Below, one piece after another: positions 10,030 to 21,933 of a DNA stretch of 64,000 nt. This DNA is from an uncultured Gammaproteobacteria bacterium (GTDB lineage Bacteria > Patescibacteriota > Patescibacteriia > S139-126), in NCBI GenBank assembly GCA_964620905.1, contig CAZUKA010000001.1, positions 583,646-647,645 of the forward strand, written 5' to 3'. Numbering within the stretch: the stretch's first letter is position 1; every line of letters begins with the position of its first letter. A model generated the notes under the pieces. That model did no database searches. It was not told where the DNA came from and saw only the letters and a program-made list of their open reading frames with translations. The position numbers were made by a program, and so were the translations under genes.

Positions 10030-10626
10030 ATGAAACTATTTAATTGGGAATCAAGACAAAAACAAGCAGCAACTGATAAAAAAGAAATTATTCCTATTCA
10101 TGAAGAGTCAGGGGATATTATTAAGGACCGGGAGGGATTAAGTATTGAACAACAAGATCAAACTATAATCAAAGAGCATTTGGATATTGATGATGAAGAA
10201 TACCGTCTAACTAAAAATGATCCAGAAAAATTAACCTCACTTGAAGATATTCCTGATCAAGAAAGTTGGGAAAATTTTATGATTAATTATCTTGATTGGG
10301 ATGAAACATCTACCGCTGATTTTGACAATAAACCATCTGATGAGAATGAAGAATTAGCTAAAATGGATAAAATTGAAGAACAAAATAATAAATATTATAA
10401 TAACGAATCACAAATTTCCTCGGCTAAACCTCGTCGTCCAAAAGCAGTCAGCCAAATAATCAATAAATATTCAATGCCGAATTATGAGTGGAATAAGCTA
10501 CCACCAGAAGAGAGAGCGCAAATTAAAAACAAGATTCAAACCGAAATTCAGGAACTTTATATCAAGAAACCAAAAAAAATGGTTAGAAAAAATAAATTGG
10601 CCACTGATATAGAAAACGCTGCCTAA
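10030..10626 (+). CDS. hypothetical acidic protein
   Basis: 198 aa ORF; no recognisable motif. Confidence 0.6.
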   Translation: MKLFNWESRQKQAATDKKEIIPIHEESGDIIKDREGLSIEQQDQTIIKEHLDIDDEEYRLTKNDPEKLTSLEDIPDQESWENFMINYLDWDETSTADFDNKPSDENEELAKMDKIEEQNNKYYNNESQISSAKPRRPKAVSQIINKYSMPNYEWNKLPPEERAQIKNKIQTEIQELYIKKPKKMVRKNKLATDIENAA

Positions 10627-10676
10627 TCATTATTAAATCACAACTAAAAATGCTACTATATAAGTAGCATTTTTTT

Positions 10677-11873
10677 ATGACTTACGATGTCGCAATTATT
10701 GGCGGTGGAATTGTAGGACTAGCCACTGCCTTACAACTAAAAAAAATCAGACCGGCTTTGTCTGTATTACTTTTGGAAAAAGAAGCAAAAATTGCCCAAC
10801 ACCAAACCGGCAATAATAGCGGCATTATCCACTCTGGTATTTATTATAAACCAGGTAGTTTAAAAGCAAAAAACTGCCGGTGGGGCTACCAATTGTTACT
10901 TGAATTTTGTAAAGCAAATAATATTAAGTACGAACTGTGTGGTAAACTAATCGTGGCCACAAGAGTTGAAGAGTTGCCGCGACTAGAAGAACTTTATCAA
11001 CGAGGCAAACAAAATGGTTTGGTTGATATTAAAAAAATATCAGCTAGTGAAATAAAAAATTATGAACCTTACGCCACAGGTATTGCTGCCCTGTGGGTTC
11101 CTTACACTGGTATTGTTGATTATAAAGAAGTTTGTCAAAAATACGCTGATATTTTTACCCAACAATATGCTGGCGAAATAAAACTAAACACCAAAGTCAT
11201 CAACATTAAAAAACAGATTGATAACATCACCCTGTTTACCAATCAAGGTGAAATTAATACTAAAATAGTTATCAATACCGCTGGCCTGCAATCAGATGAA
11301 CTAGCAAGTCTAAACCAAAAAATTAATGTTAAAATAATTCCTTTTCGCGGGGAATATTATGAACTGGCTGAAAATAAACGCTCATTAGTAAAAAATCTTA
11401 TTTATCCAGTGCCTGATCCAACTTTCCCTTTCTTAGGTGTTCATTTTACCAGACGAATAAATGGCCAAGTTGAAGCTGGGCCCAATGCGGTCTTAGCTTT
11501 TCGTAAAGAAGGTTATAAAAAAACTGATTGGCACTTAGGTGAACTTTTTTCAGCTTTACTGTGGCCTGGCTTTTTAAAAGTTATGTTTAAATACTGGGCA
11601 ATGGGACTGGGGGAATTTTACCGCAGTTACAATAAATCAGCTTTTACCAAAGCCCTACAACGACTCCTACCAGGTATCACTAAAGAGGATCTTATCCCAG
11701 GTGGAGCAGGTGTCAGAGCCCAAGCCTGTGCTAGAGACGGTAAACTAATTGATGATTTTCTGATCTATGAAGATGACAAAATTATCAATGTTCTAAATAC
11801 TCCCTCCCCCGCGGCCACTGCTTCACTGGCTATTGGTGAAACCATCGCCCAAATGGCAAGCAAAAAAATATAA
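10677..11873 (+). CDS. lhgO: L-2-hydroxyglutarate oxidase family FAD oxidoreductase
   Basis: GGGIVG, HQTGNNSGIIHSGIYYKPGSLKA, PFRGEY, FPFLGVHFT, GVRAQA, PSPAATASLAIG. Confidence 0.92.
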   Translation: MTYDVAIIGGGIVGLATALQLKKIRPALSVLLLEKEAKIAQHQTGNNSGIIHSGIYYKPGSLKAKNCRWGYQLLLEFCKANNIKYELCGKLIVATRVEELPRLEELYQRGKQNGLVDIKKISASEIKNYEPYATGIAALWVPYTGIVDYKEVCQKYADIFTQQYAGEIKLNTKVINIKKQIDNITLFTNQGEINTKIVINTAGLQSDELASLNQKINVKIIPFRGEYYELAENKRSLVKNLIYPVPDPTFPFLGVHFTRRINGQVEAGPNAVLAFRKEGYKKTDWHLGELFSALLWPGFLKVMFKYWAMGLGEFYRSYNKSAFTKALQRLLPGITKEDLIPGGAGVRAQACARDGKLIDDFLIYEDDKIINVLNTPSPAATASLAIGETIAQMASKKI

Positions 11874-11923
11874 TTTTCTATCAATAAAATCTCAGAAATG
11901 CTAAGATAAACTTAGTATTTTTT

Positions 11924-14683
11924 ATGCCCAGTAAAAAAGAAAAATTTATAATCGTCGACGGCAACGCCTTGCTACACCGAGCTTTTCACGCTATTCCCCC
12001 ACTTACTACTAAATCTGGTTTAGTCGTCAATGCTGTGTATGGTTTTGTTACTATTCTCATGCGCGTATTAAAAGACATTAAACCAAATTACGCGGCTGTT
12101 ACTTTTGATCTCAAAGCGCCAACCTTTAGACATAAAGTTTATGCTGACTATAAAGCCACCAGAGTTAAACAACCAGATGAACTTTATGCTCAAATACCAC
12201 TGATTAGACAAATTGTTCAGGCTTTTACTATTACAATTTTTGAAAAGTCTGGCTTTGAAGCTGATGATCTAATTGGCACAATCAGTCGTGCGCTTGATAA
12301 TAATAAAAATACTGAGACCTATATTGTTACTGGCGACTATGACACCTTACAATTAGTTGATGACAATACCAAAGTTTATACCCTAAGACGAAGCTTAAGT
12401 GATACCATAATCTATGATACTAAAGAAGTTATCAATAAATATAATGGTCTTAAACCCAATCAACTAATTGATTTTAAAGCCCTGCGAGGTGATCCCTCTG
12501 ACAATATTCCTGGGGTCAAAGGCATTGGCGAAAAAACTGCTATTGAACTTTTACTAGAATTTAATACTTTGGAAAATTTATATAAACAATATCAAACTAG
12601 TAAAAAAGTAAAACCACGTATTAAAGAACTACTCACTACTTATCGTGACGATGCTTTTTTATCAAAACAATTGGGCAGTATCAAGACTGATGTGCCAATA
12701 AAATTTGATCTTGATGAATGTAAATTGTATAGTCCTGATAAAGATAAATTGATCAAACTTTTTCAAGAATTGGAATTCAAATCGCTCTTAGGAAAAATTC
12801 CCGAACTGGAACAAAAATTGAATTTAACGCAGACTAGTTTACAAATCGAAACCGCCAAAAAAAATAAAAAAATATCAACAACAAAATATCATTTAATTGA
12901 CAATGAAAAAAAATTACAAACTCTAATCAATAAATTAAAAAAAGTAAAATTTATTTCTTTGGACACAGAAACTAGTAGTACTAATGCTTTGCAAGCTGAA
13001 CTAGTGGGTATAAGTTTAGCCTGGCAGGCTGGAGAGGCTTATTATCTTGATTATCAAACATTAAAAAATACCAAATCTTTTGAAAAATTTGCCAAAATAA
13101 TAATAAATCAAGTCAATACTATTGGTCATAATATAAAATTTGATTTAACTGCCCTATCACAAGTGCACATCAATGTAAAAAAATTATATTTTGATACTAT
13201 GATTGCTGCTTATCTGTTACGCCCAGGTGAGAGGCGTTTGAAACTTGATAATTTAGTATTTACCGAATTTGGCCATGAGATGATTCCGATTGAATCATTG
13301 TTAGGAAAAAAAGGTAAGGACCAATTGGTTATGTCTAATTTACCAGCTACAAAAATTTGTGACTACGCTTGTGAAGATGCTGATTTTACCTGGCGATTAT
13401 TTAAAAATTTACAACCAGAACTTAGCAAAAATAATTTGGAAAAACTTTTTGAGAAAATAGAAATGCCGTTGATATCGATTTTAGCTACTATGGAAAAAAA
13501 CGGTATTAAAATAGATAAAACATATTTAGCTCAACTAAATAAAAAAGTTTCTGAACAAATTAGTAATTTAGAAAAAAATATTTATAAGCAGGTTGGCGAA
13601 GAGTTCAATATCGCCTCACCCTTACAACTGAAAAAAATTCTTTTTGAAAAACTGGATATTCCAACTGAGGGTTTGAAAAAAATAAAAACTGGCATCTCTA
13701 CAGCTGCTGGAGAATTGGAAAAAATGCGAGGACTTCACCCGGTAATTGATATGATCTCTGATTACCGCGAACTAACCAAACTTCGTTCTACTTATATTGA
13801 AGCTCTGCCAAAATTAATCAATCCCAAAACAGGTAGAGTGCACACCAGTTACAATCAAACCATCACTGCTACTGGCAGATTATCTTCTTCTGATCCCAAC
13901 TTACAAAATATTCCTATTCGAACAATTTTAGGTAAAAAAATACGTGGATCATTTGTAGCAGAAAAAAATCAGGTTTTACTCTCAGCTGATTATTCGCAAA
14001 TAGAACTACGCGTAGTAGCCCATTTATCAGGTGATGCTAATCTTATTCGTGCTTTTCAAGAAGGACAAGATATTCACCGCACTACCGCCGCTTTTATTTT
14101 TGATGTACCTTTAGAAAAAGTAGATAGTGATATGCGCAGAAAAGCCAAAGAAGTAAACTTTGGGGTGCTGTATGGCATGGGTCCATTTGGTTTAGCTGAA
14201 CGGACTGGTATTTCTAGAATGGAAGCTAAACAATTTATTGAACGCTATTTTAAACGTTTCCCTAAAATGAAACAGTTTACTGAAAGCATTATTACTCAAG
14301 TAAAAACTCAAGGTTATGTAGAAACTATGTTTGGTCGCAAGCGTTATTTACCAGATATAAATTCTACTATGGCTCAAGTTAGAAACGCAGCTGAACGAGC
14401 CGCTATCAATCTGCCAGTGCAAGGTACCTCAGCTGACATTATGAAGCTAGCCATGATTGCCGTGTGGAAAAATATTTGCTCTAAAAATTCTGATATAAAA
14501 ATGCTACTGCAAGTTCATGATGAATTGGTATTTGAGGTACCAGCAGGTCAAATTGAATCGGCAGCTGCTTTGATAAAAAAAGAAATGGAAAATGTAGCCA
14601 AACTGTCAGTTCCTTTGGTGGTTGATGTTAAACAAGGAAAAAATTGGTTGGAAATGGAGAAGATAAATTATTCCCCTTCTTAA
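11924..14683 (+). CDS. polA: DNA polymerase I
   Basis: 5'-exo (DGNALLHRAFHA, GDPSDNIPGV), 3'-exo (DTET), polymerase (DYSQIELR, QVHDEL). Confidence 0.98.
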   Translation: MPSKKEKFIIVDGNALLHRAFHAIPPLTTKSGLVVNAVYGFVTILMRVLKDIKPNYAAVTFDLKAPTFRHKVYADYKATRVKQPDELYAQIPLIRQIVQAFTITIFEKSGFEADDLIGTISRALDNNKNTETYIVTGDYDTLQLVDDNTKVYTLRRSLSDTIIYDTKEVINKYNGLKPNQLIDFKALRGDPSDNIPGVKGIGEKTAIELLLEFNTLENLYKQYQTSKKVKPRIKELLTTYRDDAFLSKQLGSIKTDVPIKFDLDECKLYSPDKDKLIKLFQELEFKSLLGKIPELEQKLNLTQTSLQIETAKKNKKISTTKYHLIDNEKKLQTLINKLKKVKFISLDTETSSTNALQAELVGISLAWQAGEAYYLDYQTLKNTKSFEKFAKIIINQVNTIGHNIKFDLTALSQVHINVKKLYFDTMIAAYLLRPGERRLKLDNLVFTEFGHEMIPIESLLGKKGKDQLVMSNLPATKICDYACEDADFTWRLFKNLQPELSKNNLEKLFEKIEMPLISILATMEKNGIKIDKTYLAQLNKKVSEQISNLEKNIYKQVGEEFNIASPLQLKKILFEKLDIPTEGLKKIKTGISTAAGELEKMRGLHPVIDMISDYRELTKLRSTYIEALPKLINPKTGRVHTSYNQTITATGRLSSSDPNLQNIPIRTILGKKIRGSFVAEKNQVLLSADYSQIELRVVAHLSGDANLIRAFQEGQDIHRTTAAFIFDVPLEKVDSDMRRKAKEVNFGVLYGMGPFGLAERTGISRMEAKQFIERYFKRFPKMKQFTESIITQVKTQGYVETMFGRKRYLPDINSTMAQVRNAAERAAINLPVQGTSADIMKLAMIAVWKNICSKNSDIKMLLQVHDELVFEVPAGQIESAAALIKKEMENVAKLSVPLVVDVKQGKNWLEMEKINYSPS

Positions 14684-14725
14684 TATAAGAGTAATCTAGC
14701 CCCGCTTTGCGGTACTTAGTAAGTT

Positions 14726-14754
14726 AAAAAGAGGTTGTAAACAACCTCTTTTTT
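14726..14754. terminator. bidirectional terminator between polA and gyrA
   Basis: AAAAAGAGGTTGTAAACAACCTCTTTTTT. Confidence 0.75.
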
Positions 14755-14775
14755 GTTATCCAAATTAATTAAATA

Positions 14776-17256
14776 CTAAACAAACGTCACATTAGCAACG
14801 GTATCACCAGCGACTTTGAAGCGCATAACTCGTACACCTTGAGTAGCTCTACCTAAGACTGACACAGACTTTAGAGGTAATCTTATCACTTGTCCTTTTT
14901 CACTCATCACGATCAAATCCTCTTCGGCTAATTTTGCGTTCACCACAAAAGCCGCTACGGTTTTACCGGTTTTAGTGGTAATTTTGGCAGCTTTCACACC
15001 ACCACCACCTCGGCCTTGGGTTTTAAATTCAGTAACTTTGGTACGCTTGGCAAAACCATTATCCATTACTACCAAGAGTTGTTCTTCTTTTGAAGGTTTG
15101 CCTTCAAAAATAATATCAATACCCACTACCCAATCACCTTTTTTAAGTCTCATTCCCCTTACACCAGCAGCAGATCTGCCCATTGCTCTGACTCCAGATT
15201 CTTTAAACTTGATTGCCTGCCCGTAAGCGCTAACCAAAATAATCTCATCCTTACCACTAGAGGGTTTAACCCATTCTAAATTGTCATCGGCTTTAAGTTT
15301 AATAGCAATCAATCCACTGCGACGAACATTATCAAATTCTTCAAATCTTACTTTCTTAATCAATCCTTTTTTTGTTACCATAACTAAAAATTTATTATCA
15401 TCTCTAATTTCAGACAAGGCAAGAGCTGCAGAAATTTTTTCTTCTGGAGATAATTGTAAAAAATTCACAATTGCCTGCCCTTTACTAGTTCTACTGCCAA
15501 CCGGTACGTCATAGGCTTTGAGTTGAAATACTCGTCCACGGGTAGTAAAAAACAATAAATCGGCATGGGTCATAGTAGTAAATAGGTGTTCGACTACATC
15601 TTCCTCTTTGGTGACCAATCCGATCACTCCTTTGCCACCCCGACTTTGCGTCTTGAAAGTATCAGGTGGCAATCTTTTGATATAACCATCCTTAGTAACA
15701 ACTACCACGGTTGGCTCGTTGGGAATCAAATCTTCCTGAGAAAATTTATCAATTGCATGGGGCACGACTGTAGTTTTGCGTTCATCGCCATATTTTTCTC
15801 GCAAGTCCAACAATTCCTGCTTAGCCACACCCAAAATCTTTTTATCACTTTTCAAAAGTTCGGATAATTCTTTGATCAACTTTCTTTTTTCTTTCAACTC
15901 TTCTTCCACTTTCAACCTTTCCAAATTGGCCAGTTGCTGCAATTTCATCTCCAAAATCGCTATTGACTGACGCTCGGATAATTTAAATTTTTTAATCAAA
16001 TTTATTTTCGCGTCTTCTCGGTCCTTTGATTTTTTGATGGTACTAATTATTTTATCAATATCTTCGAGTGCCATCACTAAACCTTCTAAAATATGAGCTC
16101 TGTCTTTGGCTTTATCCAAATCATACTGCGTACGCCTGACTATCACCTCACGACGGTGTTTAATAAATTCTGCTAAAATATCTTTGAGTGTCAAAACCCG
16201 CGGTTGCAACCCATCAACTAAAGCCAACAAATTGACATGAAAAGCTGATTGCAGTTCTGTGTGTTTATATAACTGGTTTAAAACTTTTTTGGGATAAGCA
16301 TCTTTTTTCAATTCCACCACCACTCTAATTCCTTCTTTGTCTGATTCGTCACGCAAATCTCTGATACCCTCAATTTTTTTATCCCGCACCAATTCAGCAA
16401 TTTTTTCCAAAAGTGTGGCTTTGTTTATTTGATAAGGTAGCTCGGTCACTATGATTTGAAACTGCCCGGATTTTTCTTCAACTATTTCTGTTTTCGCCCG
16501 AATAACAATTCTACCTTTACCAGTAGCATAAGCGGTTTTAATATCTTCTTGATTGAAAATAATCCCCCCAGTAGGAAAATCTGGTCCTTTGATGAAAGTC
16601 AACAAATCATCAACATCAGCTTCGGGATTATCAATCATATGCACAGTAGCATCAATCACTTCGGAAACATTGTGGGTAGGTATGGAGGTAGCCATCCCCA
16701 CGGCAATACCCATGGCTCCATTCAAGAGTAAATTTGGCAATTTAGCTGGCAGTACTTGTGGCTCCTGGTGCGAACCATCATAATTGGGAATAAAATTAAC
16801 TGTATTTTTATCCAAATCGTGGAGCATTTCTTCTGCCAAGGGCATAAGTTTTGCTTCAGTATAACGCATAGCCGCCGCCCCATCACCATCAACTGAACCA
16901 AAGTTTCCTTGACCATTGACCAAGGGATAGCGCATGGCAAAATCTTGTGCCATTCTGACCATGCTATCATACACAGCCGCATCGCCATGAGGGTGATACT
17001 TACCCAAAACTTCACCCACGACGGTGGCGGATTTGCGATATTTGGCATTACTGCGCAGACCAATATCCCACATGGCATACAAAATCCGCCGGTGCACCGG
17101 TTTCATCCCGTCTCTGACATCAGGTAAAGCTCGGGATACAATTACACTCATAGCATAATCCAAATACGACTGCTCCATTTCCTCAACCAAAGGCCTGGGG
17201 TCAATTCTTTGTTTGTTTAATGAATCACTAGTAATTATATTTTTTTTGGGACTCAT
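14776..17256 (-). CDS. gyrA: DNA gyrase subunit A
   Basis: [13 protein letters not shown] catalytic Tyr, GyrA-box QSRGGKG. Confidence 0.98.
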   Translation of the reverse strand: MSPKKNIITSDSLNKQRIDPRPLVEEMEQSYLDYAMSVIVSRALPDVRDGMKPVHRRILYAMWDIGLRSNAKYRKSATVVGEVLGKYHPHGDAAVYDSMVRMAQDFAMRYPLVNGQGNFGSVDGDGAAAMRYTEAKLMPLAEEMLHDLDKNTVNFIPNYDGSHQEPQVLPAKLPNLLLNGAMGIAVGMATSIPTHNVSEVIDATVHMIDNPEADVDDLLTFIKGPDFPTGGIIFNQEDIKTAYATGKGRIVIRAKTEIVEEKSGQFQIIVTELPYQINKATLLEKIAELVRDKKIEGIRDLRDESDKEGIRVVVELKKDAYPKKVLNQLYKHTELQSAFHVNLLALVDGLQPRVLTLKDILAEFIKHRREVIVRRTQYDLDKAKDRAHILEGLVMALEDIDKIISTIKKSKDREDAKINLIKKFKLSERQSIAILEMKLQQLANLERLKVEEELKEKRKLIKELSELLKSDKKILGVAKQELLDLREKYGDERKTTVVPHAIDKFSQEDLIPNEPTVVVVTKDGYIKRLPPDTFKTQSRGGKGVIGLVTKEEDVVEHLFTTMTHADLLFFTTRGRVFQLKAYDVPVGSRTSKGQAIVNFLQLSPEEKISAALALSEIRDDNKFLVMVTKKGLIKKVRFEEFDNVRRSGLIAIKLKADDNLEWVKPSSGKDEIILVSAYGQAIKFKESGVRAMGRSAAGVRGMRLKKGDWVVGIDIIFEGKPSKEEQLLVVMDNGFAKRTKVTEFKTQGRGGGGVKAAKITTKTGKTVAAFVVNAKLAEEDLIVMSEKGQVIRLPLKSVSVLGRATQGVRVMRFKVAGDTVANVTFV

Positions 17257-17258
17257 AT

Positions 17259-17651
17259 TTATTCTACTAAATCATTTTCACTTGGTAATTTTTCTATTGT
17301 TTGCTCACTCTCGATTGGTTCAGTGGTGGTAGTTGAAGTCACAGCCACTTCAGATAAACGACTTTTCATTTCGGTAATTATTGCTTCTCGCTTTTTTTCT
17401 TGTTCCAGCAAATCTTCCAATTGCTGCCAATTATTTTGCATCTGATCTCGAAAAATATTAAATTGTACAGCCGCTTCCTGACTACGTTGATTCAATTTAC
17501 CAAACAATCCTTCACTCACCAAATCTGAACGAGTATAACCAAACTTACTAACCCAAACAAACCAAATGATGATTATCACTACTAGACTACCAACCAATAA
17601 ATACGCGAATTTTCTTTTTTTGTCAGAAGTCAGCTGGGGTAAAAACAACAT
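17259..17651 (-). CDS. hypothetical membrane-anchored coiled-coil protein
   Basis: One N-term TM; co-directional with gyrA. Confidence 0.6.
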   Translation of the reverse strand: MLFLPQLTSDKKRKFAYLLVGSLVVIIIIWFVWVSKFGYTRSDLVSEGLFGKLNQRSQEAAVQFNIFRDQMQNNWQQLEDLLEQEKKREAIITEMKSRLSEVAVTSTTTTEPIESEQTIEKLPSENDLVE

Positions 17652-17665
17652 AAAATTGCCAAAAA

Positions 17666-18307
17666 CTACAATTCAATGATAAACATCTTAGTCTCATCAA
17701 TCGGCAAATCTTTTTTGCTTAATCGCAATTTCTCTACTCTCTCGGGTTTACTCAATCCCACGGCTTTAATAAACTCATCAACCTTAATCCCAGTCAATTT
17801 ACTTCCGGCAAAGGCATAATTAATCGGCACAACCACGCGGGGATCAATTTGCTGTACCAACTTAGCTGCTAGTTTAGGAGAAAGACTAGTCTCTCCGCCC
17901 ACTGATAAAAACAGCACATCAACGTTTTCCAAATATTCAAGTTGTTGGTCAGTTAATTCGGTTTGATTGATCTCACCCAAATGAGCAATGCTCATTTCCT
18001 CTGCTTCCAAAACATACATAATTTTACCAGTCACCAGACCTGCTTCATTTTGTTCTGGCAATCCATAAACAAAAACCTGTTTTACTTCATACTCACCCGG
18101 AGCAGTAATCACAAAAGGTTGGCCACCAATATTTAATTTGGCATCCAATTTCCCACTGGTAGTCAGCACCAAATCGGCCTCCATCTTGGGTTGACGCAAT
18201 CCAAAAACTTTCGTTTGGTAGGGGTCAATAAGCAAATTAGAATCACCATTTTGTGGTGACTTTAATTGCATTCTAATAAATGTTTGGCCAAACCATTCAG
18301 CTTGCAT
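17666..18307 (-). CDS. MBL-fold metallo-hydrolase-like protein (degenerate metal motif)
   Basis: WFGQ, LIDPY, PGEYEV, IAHLG, VDVLFLSVGG, PRVVVPINY; HxHxDH absent. Confidence 0.8.
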   Translation of the reverse strand: MQAEWFGQTFIRMQLKSPQNGDSNLLIDPYQTKVFGLRQPKMEADLVLTTSGKLDAKLNIGGQPFVITAPGEYEVKQVFVYGLPEQNEAGLVTGKIMYVLEAEEMSIAHLGEINQTELTDQQLEYLENVDVLFLSVGGETSLSPKLAAKLVQQIDPRVVVPINYAFAGSKLTGIKVDEFIKAVGLSKPERVEKLRLSKKDLPIDETKMFIIEL

Positions 18308-18393
18308 AAATATCTTATTTTACTTAATTTTTACCTAAATCCACAAAGTTAATTTTACCAATTTAACCCACAAAAATCAACCTCAACCTAGCC

Positions 18394-19050
18394 CTAAATT
18401 GGTAATTCCGGCAGTTTTTTTGCTTCCTCTTTTACCTTATCAATATCAACTTCCGACTCCGATGAAGTCAATGTTTCTGACTTCTTCTTTTTATCCAGTG
18501 CTTCAGTAATGTTGGCTGATTTACCCAAGTCAGCATGTTGCCAATCAGTTCTCTTTCTTTCGGCCAATTTTTCCTTGGCCCTAATCACCCTCCATGCGGC
18601 TGGCGTTAGATCATCATTACTTTTATCTACCCGTTCTGCCATAATTGATTTTTTTATTTTCTCTCGCCAACTTCCCGGTTTTTCCCGACCAACTAACTGG
18701 TGTATCATTTTATCAGCTGCTTCTTGTTTCCTTTCTCTTTCTCTTACTTTTTTTATATTTTCTTTTTTTATTCTTTCCTGATACTCACCATATTCCTTTT
18801 CTTTTTGTTGGACATACTCCTGCCATTTTTCCGAAATATCAGGCTCATGATCAGCCATTACTTTTTTGAACTGACTGGCAGTTAATAATTTATTGCCGCT
18901 CAAAGCAGCACCGCCTAATTTTTGTTTTAACTCTTTTATCTCCCGCTTATTCAATTTTAAATACGACCGCAAAAAATCCTCTTGCTGTGTGCGACCAAGT
19001 TTCAACTGATTCAACTTATAAATCGGTTTTTTACCTGTATACCAACCCAT
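18394..19050 (-). CDS. hypothetical charged protein
   Basis: 218 aa, K/E-rich ORF. Confidence 0.55.
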   Translation of the reverse strand: MGWYTGKKPIYKLNQLKLGRTQQEDFLRSYLKLNKREIKELKQKLGGAALSGNKLLTASQFKKVMADHEPDISEKWQEYVQQKEKEYGEYQERIKKENIKKVRERERKQEAADKMIHQLVGREKPGSWREKIKKSIMAERVDKSNDDLTPAAWRVIRAKEKLAERKRTDWQHADLGKSANITEALDKKKKSETLTSSESEVDIDKVKEEAKKLPELPI

Positions 19051-19280
19051 AGGATACTAATGATTAATAACTAATTACTAATTATATAATTACAAAATTA
19101 AATCATTCATTAGTAATTAATAATTAGTAATTTATAATTTATACTATCATTATAACTCAAAAAGACCTAACCTTGCCAAAAATCAAGGATTAATATAAAG
19201 TAATGAGGTTATTCCTATCGTTTAATCAAGCCTGTGATAGGCAGGGCCTTTTTAGTCAAAAGGTTAAAACTAATAATTAA

Positions 19281-20498
19281 ATGACCAAAAAAACAACTAC
19301 CACTGAGGCCACAACTAACAATAGTAAAATGGCCGAACTGATGGAAGAGATTAAAAATCAAAAATTTCCCAAAGTGGGTGAACTTATCAAAGGTACGGTA
19401 ATCAATGTCAGTAAAAATGAAGTATTACTTGATATCAATGGCCTAACTACCGGACTAGTCCGAGGCAAAGAATTGGAAGATGAATCTGGCGAACATACCG
19501 AGTTGAAAGTTGGCGACCAAGCCTATGCTACTGTTTTAGAATCAGAAAATGAACGTGGGATTTTGGAATTATCTTTCCGCCAGGCTGGACACCAAAAAGC
19601 CTGGGAAAACCTAGAAGAATTAAAACAAAAAGGTAATATTATCAAAACCAAAATATTTGATGCCAACAAAGGTGGTTTGATGTGCAAAGTTGGAGGAGTA
19701 ATGGGTTTTATGCCTGTATCACAACTTACTACCGAACACTATCCACGCGTGGAAGGTGGGGATAAAAATAAAATTTTGGAAATATTGAAAAGTTATATCA
19801 ACCAGGACTTTGATGCCAAAATTATTGATGTTGATGAAAAAGAAAATAAATTGATTGTCTCCGAACGGGCAGCTTGGGAAGAACAGCAAAAAGAAACTAT
19901 TGGCAAATACCAAATCGGTCAGGTAGTCAAAGGTAAAATTACGGGCGTAGTAGATTTTGGTGCATTTATAGAGTTTGATGACAACATGGAAGGACTAGTG
20001 CACATCTCCGAAATTGCCTGGCAACGAATTGATAATCCGCGCGATTATATAAAAGTGGGCGAAGAAGTGCAGGCCAAAATTATTGAAATTGACGGATCAA
20101 AAATTTCCCTGTCTATCAAATCTCTGCATGAAGATCCTTGGAAAGAAGTCGTAAAAAAATATACCATTGGTCAAACCGTTAGCGGTAAAGTTTTAAAAAC
20201 AAGCGATTTTGGCGCTTTTGTAGAACTTGATAAAGATATACACGGACTAGCTCATATTAGCGAACTGGCTGATTTCCCAATCAAAAACGCTGGCGAGGTA
20301 CTAAAAATTGGTGAGACTTATGAATTCAAAATTGTCTCTATTGAACCAGATGAACATCGTTTGGGACTGTCTTTAAAAGCTTTGAAACAAAAAAACAGTC
20401 CGATCGCTACCGAACCAAAAACTAAAAAATTGACTAAAAATAAAACCGAGGAAACCGAGACTAAAAAATCAGACCCAGCAAAAAAACCAAATAAATAA
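19281..20498 (+). CDS. rpsA: 30S ribosomal protein S1 (4 S1 domains)
   Basis: Repeated S1 motifs DFGAFIE..EGLVHISE and DFGAFVE..HGLAHISE. Confidence 0.92.
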   Translation: MTKKTTTTEATTNNSKMAELMEEIKNQKFPKVGELIKGTVINVSKNEVLLDINGLTTGLVRGKELEDESGEHTELKVGDQAYATVLESENERGILELSFRQAGHQKAWENLEELKQKGNIIKTKIFDANKGGLMCKVGGVMGFMPVSQLTTEHYPRVEGGDKNKILEILKSYINQDFDAKIIDVDEKENKLIVSERAAWEEQQKETIGKYQIGQVVKGKITGVVDFGAFIEFDDNMEGLVHISEIAWQRIDNPRDYIKVGEEVQAKIIEIDGSKISLSIKSLHEDPWKEVVKKYTIGQTVSGKVLKTSDFGAFVELDKDIHGLAHISELADFPIKNAGEVLKIGETYEFKIVSIEPDEHRLGLSLKALKQKNSPIATEPKTKKLTKNKTEETETKKSDPAKKPNK

Positions 20499-20547
20499 AT
20501 ACACACCCCGCCAAATTGGCGGGGTGGTATTTTAATTATTATTACAA

Positions 20548-21813
20548 TCAATACTTAGCCATCACTTCTACTTGATCATAAAAAAACTTAATTATTTCCT
20601 TATAACTCTCACCCCGGTTTGCCTTGATCATCGCCCCTACCCCTGACAATCCCACTCCGTGTCCCAATTGACTAAAACCTTTTTCTTCCGGAACCTCCAC
20701 TGATTTTATCCAGGGATAAGGATCCTGATACCAAACCTCTGACCAGTTTTTGGTTCGCCCGTTACTCCGCGCAAAATAAGGTGTGATAGCCACTTCACCC
20801 TGGTAAGTAACCATCTGACCAAAAGTCTCATCAACCGCCCGTACCAATTCTGGATGTCTTAACTCGCTATCATAACCCCGATAAACCTGATCATAAAAAG
20901 CATCTACCTGAAAACCCCGATGACCATGTTTAAAATTATCCATTTTGTGCCAATAGGCATAAGTTCTTCCCACTACTGTCATGGTTTTTAAATATTCAAA
21001 AGGATCAGTAGCTCTGGTTTCACCTAAACCTTTTAGATAATCTTCCAGGGGCAATTCATTGATCACCCAAATTTGACCAGTGCTGGTAGAAAAATAAAGT
21101 TCCAAACTACCACGAAATTGATTATCAGTCAGGGTCAAGTTCCAGCTCGGGGGATTACTATAAGAATCAATTTTTAAAATAGAGTCATTACTGCCTAGCA
21201 AACGCAATGGTTGATCATACCCCTGAGAAATATGCTGATGGGAAAAAAAATATTTTTTTTCCTGACGGTCATACCACATCGCAATTGGCCAATCACCGTT
21301 ACTAGTCAAAATTAATTCCTCTCCACTATACAATGAAAAACCCTTCGCAGCTGAAAATTGCTCCTGACGGTTGGTCCAAAATAACCCCACCCGAATTGCG
21401 GGTGAGGCTAAAAGATTATCATGACTTGGTATTACCACTTGCGTGGTAGCGGCTTGGGCTACTGGGGTCAACAACCAACTGGCCAACCAATTTTCTGTCT
21501 TGCTAATCGGTGGACCAGCTTTATTTTCCTGTTCAATAATCTGCTGAGACAGGTTGCTATCAAATTTTTCTCCTGGAAAATACAACCTAAATTCAGGCAA
21601 CTGCTCAACAACAACCGGCTGATAATTTTTTTCAGGAAATATCTGCTGATCTACCAAATATTCATTTAGCACCCGCATCACTCCGGCAGATAAACTGACA
21701 ATCAAAACAGCAACAAAAAAAGACAAACCTACACTAGCAAAAAAATTACTAGCCACAACCGGTTTGTCAGTAGTAATAGAGACAGTTTTTAATTGTTCAT
21801 CAACAAATTTCAT
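20548..21813 (-). CDS. SpoIID/LytB domain protein (lytic transglycosylase-like)
   Basis: INELPLEDYLKGLGE, RTYA, DQVYRGY, GHGVGLS, YKEIIKFFY. Confidence 0.88.
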   Translation of the reverse strand: MKFVDEQLKTVSITTDKPVVASNFFASVGLSFFVAVLIVSLSAGVMRVLNEYLVDQQIFPEKNYQPVVVEQLPEFRLYFPGEKFDSNLSQQIIEQENKAGPPISKTENWLASWLLTPVAQAATTQVVIPSHDNLLASPAIRVGLFWTNRQEQFSAAKGFSLYSGEELILTSNGDWPIAMWYDRQEKKYFFSHQHISQGYDQPLRLLGSNDSILKIDSYSNPPSWNLTLTDNQFRGSLELYFSTSTGQIWVINELPLEDYLKGLGETRATDPFEYLKTMTVVGRTYAYWHKMDNFKHGHRGFQVDAFYDQVYRGYDSELRHPELVRAVDETFGQMVTYQGEVAITPYFARSNGRTKNWSEVWYQDPYPWIKSVEVPEEKGFSQLGHGVGLSGVGAMIKANRGESYKEIIKFFYDQVEVMAKY

Positions 21814-21933
21814 TTTGATTTTTATTTTTATTTTTTCTCCAACTAAGTCAAGTAATCCTTACCAATTTTTTTGAATCTAATTTTTGGACTCACAATTTTA
21901 TTCCACTAAATCAACCCCTATAACTATATTTTA

